This document shows, one piece after another, positions 27,915 through 37,516 of a DNA stretch of 64,000 nt. The stretch is from Ilumatobacteraceae bacterium (lineage in GTDB: Bacteria > Actinomycetota > Acidimicrobiia > Acidimicrobiales > Ilumatobacteraceae). Each line of letters begins with the position of its first letter. The stretch's first letter is position 1. The stretch spans positions 102,110 to 166,109 of the forward strand of contig JAJTEQ010000001.1 in the NCBI GenBank assembly GCA_021298195.1. The letters run 5' to 3'. Made by a program: the position numbers and the translations under genes. The notes below the pieces were generated by a model. That model was not told the DNA's origin and searched no databases. It was given only the letters and a program-made list of their open reading frames with translations.

Positions 27915-28448
27915 GTGAGCACGACCCCCGTGACCAAGAACAGTGACAAGTTCGCGACCACTCCCCCACGTCGCCCGACATCGGCCGACATCGAATTGCT
28001 GGCCTTCGCCCAGTCCGCCGAGCTGACCGCCCGCGACTTGTACGAGCAGGCCGTGGCCGCGGGGGCCGGTGGAGACCACGTCGCGAGCTTGGTGGCCGTT
28101 GCCGCGCATCACGACGCCTACGCGCAGTCCTTGTCGGCGCTGCTGGGCACCGACGCTCCTCAGGCGCGCAACGACGCGTTGTTCTCGTCGTTGAAGTCCG
28201 GATTCGGTGCGAACACCGAGTCGATGGCTCTGGCCGCCCACGAGCTCGAGAACACCCTGGTGGTCACGCACACCGATCTCCTCGGCCTTCTCGAGGGGAC
28301 CGAGGGTGCCGCGCTCGTCGCTTCCATCCTCATCGGCGAGTCGCGTCATTGCGCCGCGATGGCCGCCTTGGCCGGCAAGTCGCCCGTGAGCGACATCGAT
28401 TTGTTCCTGACGACGTCCGACGTCGTGTCCCTCGCCCCGCAGGCCTGA
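27915..28448 (+). CDS. ferritin-like domain protein (no signal peptide)
   Basis: AAAGGA SD 5 nt before GTG 27915. Four-helix E/H pattern: AELTARDLYEQ, AAHHDAYAQ, ELENTLVVTH, GESRHCAA. Paralogous to the next gene. Confidence 0.6.
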   Translation: MSTTPVTKNSDKFATTPPRRPTSADIELLAFAQSAELTARDLYEQAVAAGAGGDHVASLVAVAAHHDAYAQSLSALLGTDAPQARNDALFSSLKSGFGANTESMALAAHELENTLVVTHTDLLGLLEGTEGAALVASILIGESRHCAAMAALAGKSPVSDIDLFLTTSDVVSLAPQA

Positions 28449-28455
28449 TCCGGAG

Positions 28456-29397
28456 ATGACCATGAACGATTTCAACCGTGACGAACTGCGTCGTGCGTTG
28501 CGCGACACCGCTGACCACCGGACCGATGCCCTCGGGTCCATCGTCGAAGCCACCCGGGGCCTGAACTTCGCCCGCTCGCTCTCGCGTCGTCGCTTCTTCG
28601 TCGCCGGCGGAGCGACGGTGTCGTTCGCCGCTTTGGTGGCGGCCTGTGGTGGTTCGGAGTCCACCGGCATCGCCCGCTTGGGTGACGCGCCGACGCCGAA
28701 CGAACTGGTCGAGGCCGACGTCACCGACATCGCCCTGTTGCGCACGGCGACCTCACTCGAGCACAACGCCATCTTCGTGTACGAGGCCGCCGCCAGTGCC
28801 GGCGTCCTCTCCGGTGACGCCGCCGAGATCGCCAAGCGCTTCCTCGACGACCACCGCGCGCACGCCGAGGCCACCGCATCACTCACCCGGAGTCTGGGTG
28901 GCAAGGCGTACACGCAACCCAACCCCCGCCTGCAGTCGATCTACATCGAGCCGGCCCTCACGTTGATCGTGGGCGACGAGGCGAACGGAGTGCCCGCCAC
29001 CGACGATCCGGCCGCCGACGTGCTGGCCCTGGCCTACGCGCTCGAGACCATCGCCGGCGCGACGTATCAGGCGTACGTGCCGTTGCTCGACGACAAGTCG
29101 CTGCGCGCCGCCGCCATGGGTATCGGCGACCAAGAAGCCCGCCACGCGGCGTTGCTCGGCGTCGTTCTCAACCCCGATCGACTGGTGTCGTCGATGGGTC
29201 TCTCCATCGCCGCCGAGTATCAAGAGGACACCGATACCCCGGCCGCGGCCTACGCGTCACCGTCGGCCTTCGGAACCCAGGCGCCGGTTCCGGTGACGCT
29301 GGGTGCCGCCAACGAAAGTGGCATTCGCACCACCGTGAACCTCGAGACCCCGAGCCTGAACTCGATGGTCTACGAGTACCTCGACGCCGAGGGCTGA
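28456..29397 (+). CDS. Tat-signal lipoprotein with ferritin-like domain
   Basis: Twin-arginine plus lipobox SRRRFFVAGGATVSFAALVAAC. Ferritin-like E/H pattern: SLEHNAIFVYE, DDHRAHAEA, ALETIAGATYQ, GDQEARHAA. Confidence 0.65.
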   Translation: MTMNDFNRDELRRALRDTADHRTDALGSIVEATRGLNFARSLSRRRFFVAGGATVSFAALVAACGGSESTGIARLGDAPTPNELVEADVTDIALLRTATSLEHNAIFVYEAAASAGVLSGDAAEIAKRFLDDHRAHAEATASLTRSLGGKAYTQPNPRLQSIYIEPALTLIVGDEANGVPATDDPAADVLALAYALETIAGATYQAYVPLLDDKSLRAAAMGIGDQEARHAALLGVVLNPDRLVSSMGLSIAAEYQEDTDTPAAAYASPSAFGTQAPVPVTLGAANESGIRTTVNLETPSLNSMVYEYLDAEG

Positions 29398-29419
29398 GCC
29401 CGCCCGTACACTTCTCCCC

Positions 29420-29783
<364 letters not shown>

Positions 29784-29806
29784 ACCCACCAACGAGCGAC
29801 GGCTCG

Positions 29807-30088
29807 TCACTCGCCGCGGGCCACCGCCGCGGCGATCACGCGATCGAGTTCTTCCAACTGCATCGCATCCTTCACGCCCAACAAACGGGCGTAGAAGCGC
29901 AAGCCCTTGGGAGAGCCGACGACGTGCACCGGGATACGATCACCGAGATCGGAGCCGTAGGCGGTGGGGATGTCGACGGAGTCCACGCCGGCGTCGAACA
30001 GGTCGGACTCGTCGGCGGCCAACGCCGCGGCATCGAAACCCCCCAAGCCGTAGCTCTCGGCATCGACGAAGAAGGTGAATTCGGCCAT
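29807..30088 (-). CDS. small acidic hypothetical protein
   Basis: 93 aa from ATG 30088 (MAEFTFFVDAESYGLGGFD...). No recognisable motif. The upstream part of ORF 29807..30310 is basic and low-complexity, and would collide with the P450 start. Confidence 0.4.
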   Translation of the reverse strand: MAEFTFFVDAESYGLGGFDAAALAADESDLFDAGVDSVDIPTAYGSDLGDRIPVHVVGSPKGLRFYARLLGVKDAMQLEELDRVIAAAVARGE

Positions 30089-30164
30089 TTCCGGAATGTA
30101 GGCCGTCGCGGACGTTGGTGTCTCGTTGGTGTTCGTTTCGGGCTCGGGTACTAACTTCTCCCCC

Positions 30165-31427
30165 ATGAGCACGAGCCTCCCCCACGTTCCGCTGAGCGAC
30201 ATCGACCTGTCGTCACCCGAGTTCTGGACCGCCGATCGCGCGTGGCGCGAGGGGGCCTTTCGCACCTTGCGCGACGAGAAACCGTTCGCATTCTTCGAGG
30301 AGCGCGTCATCGAGGACGCTCCGTTCCCGCCCGGCCCCGGCTACTTCGCCGTCACGCGTCACGACGACATCTGGCAGATCAGCCGCAACGCCCAACTGTT
30401 CTGCAGCGGCAAGGGCAGCAACATCGGCGACCTTCCGGTGGAGATGAACGAGTTCTTCGGATCCATGATCAACATGGACGACCCCAAGCACTTCCGTCTG
30501 CGCAACATCGTCTCGCGCGGTTTCACCCCCAAGGAAGTGTCGCGCATCGAGGACCAGGTCCGGGACCGCGCCGCTCGACTGGTGACCGAACTCATCGAAC
30601 GATTCCCCAATGGCGAGTGCGACTTCGTCGAAGAGGTGGCCGCGGCCCTGCCGCTGGCGATCATCTGCGACATGATGGGCATCCCCGAAGAGGACCACAA
30701 GAAGATCTTTCACTGGACCAACGTCATCCTCGGCGTGGGTGACCCCGAGTTCGTGGGCTCGTACGAGGACCTCATGACCGTGGCCCTCGAGATGTTCATG
30801 TACGCCCAGGCATTGGGCGAGAGCCGCGTCGGAAATCCGCAGGACGACGTCACCTCGGCGATGATGAACGCGGTCGTCGACGGCGAGCGCCTCACCGCCC
30901 AGGAATTCGGTTCGTTCTTCATCTTGTTGGTGGTGGCGGGCAACGAAACCACCCGCAACGCCATCAGTCACGGCATGAAGTTGCTCACCGACAATCCCGA
31001 CCAACGCAAGATCTGGTTCGACGACTTCGACACCCACACCCGTACCGCCGTGGAGGAGATCGTGCGTTACGCCACGCCGGTCATCCACTTCCGTCGTACG
31101 GTCACCGAGGACACCGTGCTCTCGGGCCAGGAACTGAAGGCGGGCGACAAGGTGGTCATGTTCTACGCCTCGGGCAACCGCGACGAGCGAGTGTTCGCGA
31201 ACCCGCACTTGTTCGACGTGACGCGCGCGGTGGCTCCGGCCCAGGTGGGCTTCGGCGCCGGTGGTCCGCACTTCTGCCTCGGAGCCAATCTGGCGCGCCG
31301 GGAGATCCAGGTGATGTTCGACGAGATTCGTCGTCGCCTGCCCAACATGCGCATCACCGGCGAACCGGCCTACCTGCAGAGTTCGTTCATCAACGGCATC
31401 AAGCGCATGCCGTGCGCTTGGAACTGA
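30165..31427 (+). CDS. cytochrome P450
   Basis: Heme loop FGAGGPHFCLGANLARREI, I-helix VVAGNETTRN and ExxR (EEIVRY). ATG 30165. Confidence 0.9.
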   Translation: MSTSLPHVPLSDIDLSSPEFWTADRAWREGAFRTLRDEKPFAFFEERVIEDAPFPPGPGYFAVTRHDDIWQISRNAQLFCSGKGSNIGDLPVEMNEFFGSMINMDDPKHFRLRNIVSRGFTPKEVSRIEDQVRDRAARLVTELIERFPNGECDFVEEVAAALPLAIICDMMGIPEEDHKKIFHWTNVILGVGDPEFVGSYEDLMTVALEMFMYAQALGESRVGNPQDDVTSAMMNAVVDGERLTAQEFGSFFILLVVAGNETTRNAISHGMKLLTDNPDQRKIWFDDFDTHTRTAVEEIVRYATPVIHFRRTVTEDTVLSGQELKAGDKVVMFYASGNRDERVFANPHLFDVTRAVAPAQVGFGAGGPHFCLGANLARREIQVMFDEIRRRLPNMRITGEPAYLQSSFINGIKRMPCAWN

Positions 31428-31437
31428 GCGTTCACGT

Positions 31438-32034
31438 TCAGACCATCTCGCCGGCCAGATAGTGGCGACGACACAGCAGTTCATACCGCACGACGTCGCC
31501 GAACATCGGCTCGGGGGCGTCACCGGTGTCACCGACGACCACCGTTTCTCCCTCGTACACCACGATGCCGTTCACCACGCGGGCGTTGTGCGTCGCGCGC
31601 GAACCGCACCAGCAGCGCGCCTCCACCTGCATCTCCACACGCTCGTCGGCCACCTCCAGCATGCGTCGCGTGCCATCGAACAACAAGCCCCGGAAATCGG
31701 TGATCAGCCCGAACGCGTAGACATCCACCCCGAGTTCGTCCACGATGCGTGCCAGCTGGTCGCATTGGTCGACCGAGTAGAACTGCACCTCGTCGCACAC
31801 CACGAAGTCCAAGGGTGTCCGGGATCGTGCCAACTCGAACAGGTCGAGGTCGGCCGACACCTCCACGGCCGGAGCCGAGACCCCCAGTCGACTGGTGACC
31901 TGGGTTCCGTCACGATCCAGTTTGGTGAGCAACAATCCGTTGCGATCGCGAACCGCCAGATTGTGATGGATCTGCAAAGCGAGGGTGCTCTTTCCCGAGC
32001 CCATCGTGCCGAAACTGAATCGCAACGTCGCCAT
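31438..32034 (-). CDS. tdk: thymidine kinase
   Basis: P-loop FGTMGSGKST, VVCDEVQF, and the C-terminal Zn motif CWCG...CRRH. Confidence 0.9.
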   Translation of the reverse strand: MATLRFSFGTMGSGKSTLALQIHHNLAVRDRNGLLLTKLDRDGTQVTSRLGVSAPAVEVSADLDLFELARSRTPLDFVVCDEVQFYSVDQCDQLARIVDELGVDVYAFGLITDFRGLLFDGTRRMLEVADERVEMQVEARCWCGSRATHNARVVNGIVVYEGETVVVGDTGDAPEPMFGDVVRYELLCRRHYLAGEMV

Positions 32035-32078
32035 GCCGAGGCAAAACTAGTCGCCCCGCTCCCGTGGGTCGGCAGTCG

Positions 32079-32921
32079 TCAGCCCGTGCGGAAGTCGGCC
32101 ACCACCGCGGCGTGATCACTGGGCTGCACCCGTCGACCGTCGATGTTCTCGGACTCGACCCCGGTCAACCACGCTCGACGCGGGTGTCCCATCGGCTTGG
32201 GACGGGGCCACGACACGAACAGATAATCCAGACGGCGATTCGGCCAGTTGGCATCGGCCTGGTATTCGTTGTCGGCGCGCCAGGTGAGCCCGTCGCCCTC
32301 TCCACATTGTTCCCACACGTCCGACAACACCAGATTCGTGTGACGGGGCTCCGTACGGCCGGTGAGCCGTCGGATCTCGTCGCTGTCGGGCACCGCGTTG
32401 AAATCGCCACCGAGGATGACCGGTGGATCCGATTCGGAGTTTCCCCGAAGATCCCGAATCAGGTCCGCCAACGCGTCGACTTGGCGCACGCGAACCGCTG
32501 ACTCGTCGAAGCGATGATTCAGATGCGTGCACACGAACGGCCACGCACCCCACGGAGTGGTCACGCGTGCGAACACGGCTTTGCGATAGCCGGCGTCGGA
32601 ATCCTTGCCCGGAAGAGTCACCTGTCCGTGGGATTCGATGGGCCAACGGGAAAGGATCGCGTTGCCCATGGCCGTCTCCTCGCCTTCGTTGGCGGACGAA
32701 CGACGCGGGAACCACGGACCGTCGGAGACGAAGCAATGCATACCCAGATCGCGCGCGAGATCGTGGGCGAAAGTGCGCACCTCGGTGCCGTTTCGCACGC
32801 CGAAAACCTCTTGCAGGCACACGATGTCGGGGTTCTCACGAGCGATCACCCGACGAATGGCCTCACGGCGACGTTCGAAGGGCCCGAACTCGTACCAAAG
32901 ATTCCACGTCATCACCCGCAT
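32079..32921 (-). CDS. endonuclease/exonuclease/phosphatase (EEP) family protein
   Basis: MRVMTWNLW..., IVCLQEV, GGDFN, SDHAAV. Start ATG 32921 is chosen to avoid overlap with the upstream gene; 32957 or 32987 are possible. Confidence 0.75.
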   Translation of the reverse strand: MRVMTWNLWYEFGPFERRREAIRRVIARENPDIVCLQEVFGVRNGTEVRTFAHDLARDLGMHCFVSDGPWFPRRSSANEGEETAMGNAILSRWPIESHGQVTLPGKDSDAGYRKAVFARVTTPWGAWPFVCTHLNHRFDESAVRVRQVDALADLIRDLRGNSESDPPVILGGDFNAVPDSDEIRRLTGRTEPRHTNLVLSDVWEQCGEGDGLTWRADNEYQADANWPNRRLDYLFVSWPRPKPMGHPRRAWLTGVESENIDGRRVQPSDHAAVVADFRTG

Positions 32922-32946
32922 CGTGCGCGAGTCGGAGGCGGACCGG

Positions 32947-35097
32947 TCAGCCGGCATTGTGTCGGGAGTCGAAACGGCGTTCGGCACTCATCGAGACGAA
33001 CCGTAGATCACCGGTCGGCGAGAACGTGCCCTGGACGTCGACGATCATGTGGGTGGCCGCCGAGGTGTACAAGCAGAACGAACCATCGGCGTCCACCGGC
33101 ACCACCGCGAGATTCGCCGCCGTGCGACCGGGCACGACGTTGGCGTTCGAAGCGGTCTCGGTGCTCGGAGACAATGCCGAGCACTTGTCGGCCTGCACGT
33201 AACCCGACGCCACGCTGTCGGTGAGGGTGATGTTCACCAACACCGCCGATGCGCCGGCCGGAGCCGTGAGGCGCAGGATTCCCCCGACCGGACGGCGCAC
33301 GCCACAACCATCGACGTAGCACTTGCGGGTGTCCACGAGTCGGGTCTGGGGCGTCAAGGTGAGCCCCCACTGGCCGGCGGGCAAGAATGCTCCCTGCACG
33401 TCGACGATCTGGTGCAACTCAGCGGAGGTCGCGGTGCAGAATCCGCGCGTGGCACCGACGTTGCCCACGGTGACGATGGCCAAATTCGACACGATGTCGT
33501 TGGAACCGAAGTTCAGGTTCGAGGAGGTTTGTCCACGTGCGGTGAGCGATTCGCAGGAATCCGCGGTGAGGAATCCACCGCCACTCGCCGTGTCGGTGAC
33601 GGTCACGTTCGCGAGCAGCGACGTCGAGCCGGCCGGTGCCTGTGGCACCGGGACTCCGTTCAACGACGCCGTGGTGGCTCGACCGCCGAGGCGACACGCT
33701 CCGGCCGCGTCGCAGCGATCGCCCTTGCGCGTGTCGAGCACTCGCGTGGGGGTCACGAGCGTGAAGCGACCCGAGGTCGGTCCCGCCACTGCCGACGGGA
33801 GGAAGAATCCCTGCGCATCAATGATGACGTGCATCGAGTGCGAGTTGTAGAGGCAGAAACGCCCGAGGGAGTCGAGCGGAACGACCGCCAGGTTGGCCAC
33901 GGTTCCACCCTTACCCACGTTGCCGTTGGACCAGGCCCGTTCACCCGAGATGGGGACGTCGCACCGTTCCGCGGTCACGAACGCGTCGGTGTTCGCGCCG
34001 GTGAGGGTGATGTTCACCAACGCCGCGGTGGCACCGGCCGGCGCCTGGAGCACGATCGGGGTGCGCCAGCCAGCCTGCGGGCGATCGGACCAGGCGCAAG
34101 TGCGAACCGTCGTCGTTCCCTCCACCTGATTGCTGCAATAACGGGTCACGGTCGCGCCGTTGAATCGCGCGATGGCCACGGCCTCGTCGGGGGTTCCTCG
34201 GAACTCGAAGTGCATCGGGTCGCGCAGGATGTTCGACTTCTGCGCACTCGGTGTTTGGCAACCACCGTTCCAGCCGTACCCACCCCACAACAAACCCCAC
34301 TTCTGTGCGGTGTCCACGACCCACTTGGGCATGTCGGTGCGCATCGGCACGGCGCACGCCGTGGTGGCGCCGTTCTCAGCCGACGGTACGTAGCGAATCT
34401 CGGGGTTCGCGCTCACGTTGATGTCGATCGCCAGACCCCATGCGTGGTTGGACAACGACTTGGCGTCGAGGCCCGTGCAGTCCTTGCGCGTGTTGGACGT
34501 GCAGCGGAAGTTGTATCCGATGACGTCGCGAACCTTGTACCCCTTGGACTGGATCTCGGCGAGGAATCCCTCGAAAAGCACGAGGGCCCCCGGAGGGGCC
34601 TGCACCGCACCGGACTTGATGGTCCCGACCTTGCCGGCGTTCTTCCAGAGGTTCTGTTCCCACGTGCGCAACGCCTCGGATCCGGTGTACGACCATCCGA
34701 GCCACTTCCAACCGGAATTCGCGGAGCCATCGGCGTTGTACGGAAACGGCGGAGTGCCCCAACCGCGTTCGGCCGGCTCGGAATACTTCGACACCACGCA
34801 CGTCACCACGTCGCCGCTGGCGATCTGAGCGTCCGTGCACTTGGCGGGAATCGAGGGCGTCACCCACGGCGTGGAGTCGGAGGTGTCGATGTTGGCGGGT
34901 CGGATTCCGGTCGGCGACGCGCTGGCCTTGGCCGACGCCGGTGCGGTCAACATCGCGAACATCATCACCGCGTACACCACGAGGCCGACGAGGACGACGA
35001 ACGGAGCGAAACGGGTGGCGCGGCGCGGGCGGCGCACACCGCCGTTCGGGGGGGTCAGGATCGACTGGCTCATCACGGGCACAGGTATCGGAGTCAC
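32947..35097 (-). CDS. membrane-anchored M15-family (VanY-like) peptidase with three C-terminal repeat domains
   Basis: N-terminal TM FAPFVVLVGLVVYAVMMFAMLTA. M15 metal and catalytic text SNHAWGLAIDIN ... DPMHFEF. Then three repeats of about 90 aa (see the repeat feature). Start is GTG 35097 or ATG 35073. Confidence 0.75.
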   Translation of the reverse strand: MTPIPVPVMSQSILTPPNGGVRRPRRATRFAPFVVLVGLVVYAVMMFAMLTAPASAKASASPTGIRPANIDTSDSTPWVTPSIPAKCTDAQIASGDVVTCVVSKYSEPAERGWGTPPFPYNADGSANSGWKWLGWSYTGSEALRTWEQNLWKNAGKVGTIKSGAVQAPPGALVLFEGFLAEIQSKGYKVRDVIGYNFRCTSNTRKDCTGLDAKSLSNHAWGLAIDINVSANPEIRYVPSAENGATTACAVPMRTDMPKWVVDTAQKWGLLWGGYGWNGGCQTPSAQKSNILRDPMHFEFRGTPDEAVAIARFNGATVTRYCSNQVEGTTTVRTCAWSDRPQAGWRTPIVLQAPAGATAALVNITLTGANTDAFVTAERCDVPISGERAWSNGNVGKGGTVANLAVVPLDSLGRFCLYNSHSMHVIIDAQGFFLPSAVAGPTSGRFTLVTPTRVLDTRKGDRCDAAGACRLGGRATTASLNGVPVPQAPAGSTSLLANVTVTDTASGGGFLTADSCESLTARGQTSSNLNFGSNDIVSNLAIVTVGNVGATRGFCTATSAELHQIVDVQGAFLPAGQWGLTLTPQTRLVDTRKCYVDGCGVRRPVGGILRLTAPAGASAVLVNITLTDSVASGYVQADKCSALSPSTETASNANVVPGRTAANLAVVPVDADGSFCLYTSAATHMIVDVQGTFSPTGDLRFVSMSAERRFDSRHNAG
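33019..34059 (-). repeat. three tandem protein-domain repeats (about 90 aa cores plus PxRxxDTRK linkers) within the M15 peptidase
   Basis: R1: QAPAGATAALVNITLTGANTDAFVTAERCD...SNGNV..GTVANLAVVPLDSLGRFCLYNSHSMHVIIDAQGFFLP. R2: QAPAGSTSLLANVTVTDTASGGGFLTADSCE...SNLNF..DIVSNLAIVTVG..GFCTATSAELHQIVDVQGAFLP. R3: TAPAGASAVLVNITLTDSVASGYVQADKCS...SNANV..RTAANLAVVPVDADGSFCLYTSAATHMIVDVQGTFSP. Confidence 0.75.
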
Positions 35098-35216
35098 CGT
35101 GACGGGCCTTGAGAATCTCGCGGAGATTCACCCTCTCAACTGGGGTGACGCACACTTGGCCCCGAATCGGGCGTTCCCTTTCTTGAGCCCCTCGGGGCGA
35201 ACCTCAAGGAGAGACC

Positions 35217-36470
35217 ATGAAGCCCACCCTCAGACTGGACCATTCGATGATCGTCGCCCGTCGCGACGAGCGCATCCACGCCCTCTTGGAGCTGACCGCT
35301 CCCCCGGCGCCGACCCTCGAACGCCCACCGCTCGACATCGCCCTCGTCATCGACCGATCAGGTTCGATGGAGGGTCGCCCCCTCGACTCGGTGCGCAAAG
35401 CGGTTCTCGAACTGCTGCGCGTGGCCGGCGCCAACGACCGCATCGCGGTGGTCACCTTCGACACCTCGGTCGACGTCGTGCTGCCCCTCGACCACCACGA
35501 CGTCACCACCGTCGCCGGTCGCATCCGCGCGATTCACAGTGGTGGCTCCACCAACCTCTCCGCTGGTTGGTTGAAGGGAGTGGAGATTCTGACCGCGGCG
35601 AAACGTCCCGATTCGGTGGCACGCGTGGTGGTGCTCACCGACGGTCACGCCAACGCGGGCGTCACCGAGCCCGATGCGTTGTGCACGATGGTGCGTGGCG
35701 CCACCGATCACGGCGTCACCACGTCGCTCATCGGATTCGCCGACGGCCACGACGAAACCCTCATCGCCGCCCTGGCCGACGCCGGTCGCGGCAACGACTA
35801 CTGGTGTGCCGGCCCCGATCAGGCACTGAACGTGTTCACGGCCGAATTCGCCGGTCTCGCCTCGGTCGTGGCCCAGAACCTCTCGGTCGAGGTTCGTCCC
35901 ACCGTGGCCACGGCGGCCTTCGAGTGTCTCAACGAATTCGACTCCTCACCGGTTCCCGGCAACGAGGCCGCCCGCGTCATCAACATCGGCGACGCGTACG
36001 GCGACGAGGTTCGTCGACTGGCGTTGCGCTTCGCGTTGCGTCCGGTGAGCACCACCGACGAGGTGCTGGTCGCCGAACTGGTGGTGCGATGGGCTTCGAC
36101 CGTGGGCACGGTCTCGCTCCACGAACTGATCATCCCCGTCAGCGTGAACAGCGTGGACGAGGGCGAATCGCTACCCGCCCCCGACGCGGGGGTGGTCGAG
36201 CACATCGTGCGCCTCGAGGCCGCCGACGACCGTCGTCGTGCGATCGAGGCCGCCCGTCGTCGTCGGTTCGACGAAGCCCGTCGTCTGGCTCACCGCGCCG
36301 CCGACAAGCTCATCGGAGTCGGCGCCGATCCGGACGAAGTTCGCGAACTGATGCGATTCGCCGCCGACATCGAGCACGCCGACGAGATGACGATGAAGGG
36401 CATGAGTTCGGCCAGCCGCCAGATCAACAAGGGTCGTCGCTCGCGCTTCGATCCGAACAACCCGTACTGA
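35217..36470 (+). CDS. von Willebrand factor type A (VWA) domain protein
   Basis: MIDAS text LDIALVIDRSGSMEG, then VVLTDGHAN. AAGGAG SD before ATG 35217. 417 aa. Confidence 0.8.
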   Translation: MKPTLRLDHSMIVARRDERIHALLELTAPPAPTLERPPLDIALVIDRSGSMEGRPLDSVRKAVLELLRVAGANDRIAVVTFDTSVDVVLPLDHHDVTTVAGRIRAIHSGGSTNLSAGWLKGVEILTAAKRPDSVARVVVLTDGHANAGVTEPDALCTMVRGATDHGVTTSLIGFADGHDETLIAALADAGRGNDYWCAGPDQALNVFTAEFAGLASVVAQNLSVEVRPTVATAAFECLNEFDSSPVPGNEAARVINIGDAYGDEVRRLALRFALRPVSTTDEVLVAELVVRWASTVGTVSLHELIIPVSVNSVDEGESLPAPDAGVVEHIVRLEAADDRRRAIEAARRRRFDEARRLAHRAADKLIGVGADPDEVRELMRFAADIEHADEMTMKGMSSASRQINKGRRSRFDPNNPY

Positions 36471-36513
36471 TCCGTCGGTTCCCATCGGTTACCGTTTCCC
36501 TCGTGTTCGGCGC

Positions 36514-37512
36514 GTGTCCGAGCACGAGGGGGACATCATGGGGGATCGATTCGAGGACGGATTCGCGGGCCGCGTGGCCGTCGTCACCGGCGGTGGCACG
36601 GGCATGGGGCGCGAACTGGTGCGTCAACTGACCGCCGACGGCTGCGACGTGGCGACCTGCGACGTGATCGCCGAGAACCTCGACGAGACAGTGGCCATCT
36701 GCGCCGCTGACGGCAACGCCGGCGAGATCCTTCCGTTCATCGCCGACGTCTCGATCGAGTCCCAGGTGTTGGCCTTCCGGGATCGCGTGTCCGCCTGGCG
36801 CCCGCACGTGAACCTGCTCTTCAACAACGCGGGAATCGGTGGTGGCGGGAGCATCGTTCTCGACGGTCGCGAGGAATGGGAGAAGACGTTCGGTGTCTGC
36901 TGGTACGGCGTCTACTTCAACACCCGGGCGTTTCTGCAACTGCTACTCGACGCACCCGTGGGCCACGTGGTGAACACCAGCTCGGTGAACGGGTTCTGGG
37001 CCTCACTCGGGCCGGGCATCCCGCACACCGCGTACAGCGCGGCGAAGTTCGCCGTGAAGGGCTTCACCGAGGCGCTCATCACCGACTTCCGCATCAACGC
37101 GCCGCACCTGCGCGCGTCGGTGGTGATGCCCGGTCACATCGGAACCTCCATCGCCATCAACTCGCGCAAACTCCTGGGCGCCGACCCCAAGGAGATGACC
37201 GCCGAGCAGGTGGCCCAGGTGCGCGAGCGTTTGTCGCGAGCCGGCCTCGACGTCAGCGGCGCCAGCGACGAGGACCTGCGCGTGGGTATTCAGGCCCAAG
37301 GCGAAGCGTTCCGCGATCAGGCGCCCACGTCGGCGGCTCGGGCCACCACCATCATCCTCGACGCCGTGAAGCGCGGCGACTGGCGCATCCTGGTGGGCGA
37401 CGACGCCGTGATCCTGGACGAGATGGTTCGCGAGAACCCGACCGACGCCTATCTGCCCGATTTCATGACCCGCGTGCACGCGCGCGGGGCGTTGCGCTTC
37501 ACCGACAACTGA
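36514..37512 (+). CDS. SDR-family oxidoreductase
   Basis: VAVVTGGGTGMGRELV, NNAGIGG and YSAAKFAVKG (YxxxK). Start 36514 or ATG 36538. Confidence 0.8.
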   Translation: MSEHEGDIMGDRFEDGFAGRVAVVTGGGTGMGRELVRQLTADGCDVATCDVIAENLDETVAICAADGNAGEILPFIADVSIESQVLAFRDRVSAWRPHVNLLFNNAGIGGGGSIVLDGREEWEKTFGVCWYGVYFNTRAFLQLLLDAPVGHVVNTSSVNGFWASLGPGIPHTAYSAAKFAVKGFTEALITDFRINAPHLRASVVMPGHIGTSIAINSRKLLGADPKEMTAEQVAQVRERLSRAGLDVSGASDEDLRVGIQAQGEAFRDQAPTSAARATTIILDAVKRGDWRILVGDDAVILDEMVRENPTDAYLPDFMTRVHARGALRFTDN

Positions 37513-37516
37513 CGAA

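Noticed and set aside
30164-30310. Longer version of the small acidic ORF starting at the CATG shared with the P450 start (30166) or at 30310
   Set aside because: The added N-terminal text (MTRSSKNANGFSSRKVRKAPSRHARS...) is basic and low-complexity, and would overlap the P450 5' end on the opposite strand. The short form from ATG 30088 is retained, with low confidence.
33049-36631. 687-aa and 598-aa plus-strand ORFs over the M15 and VWA region
   Set aside because: The first is antisense to the M15 peptidase. The second is an out-of-frame overlap of the VWA gene. Neither has motifs.
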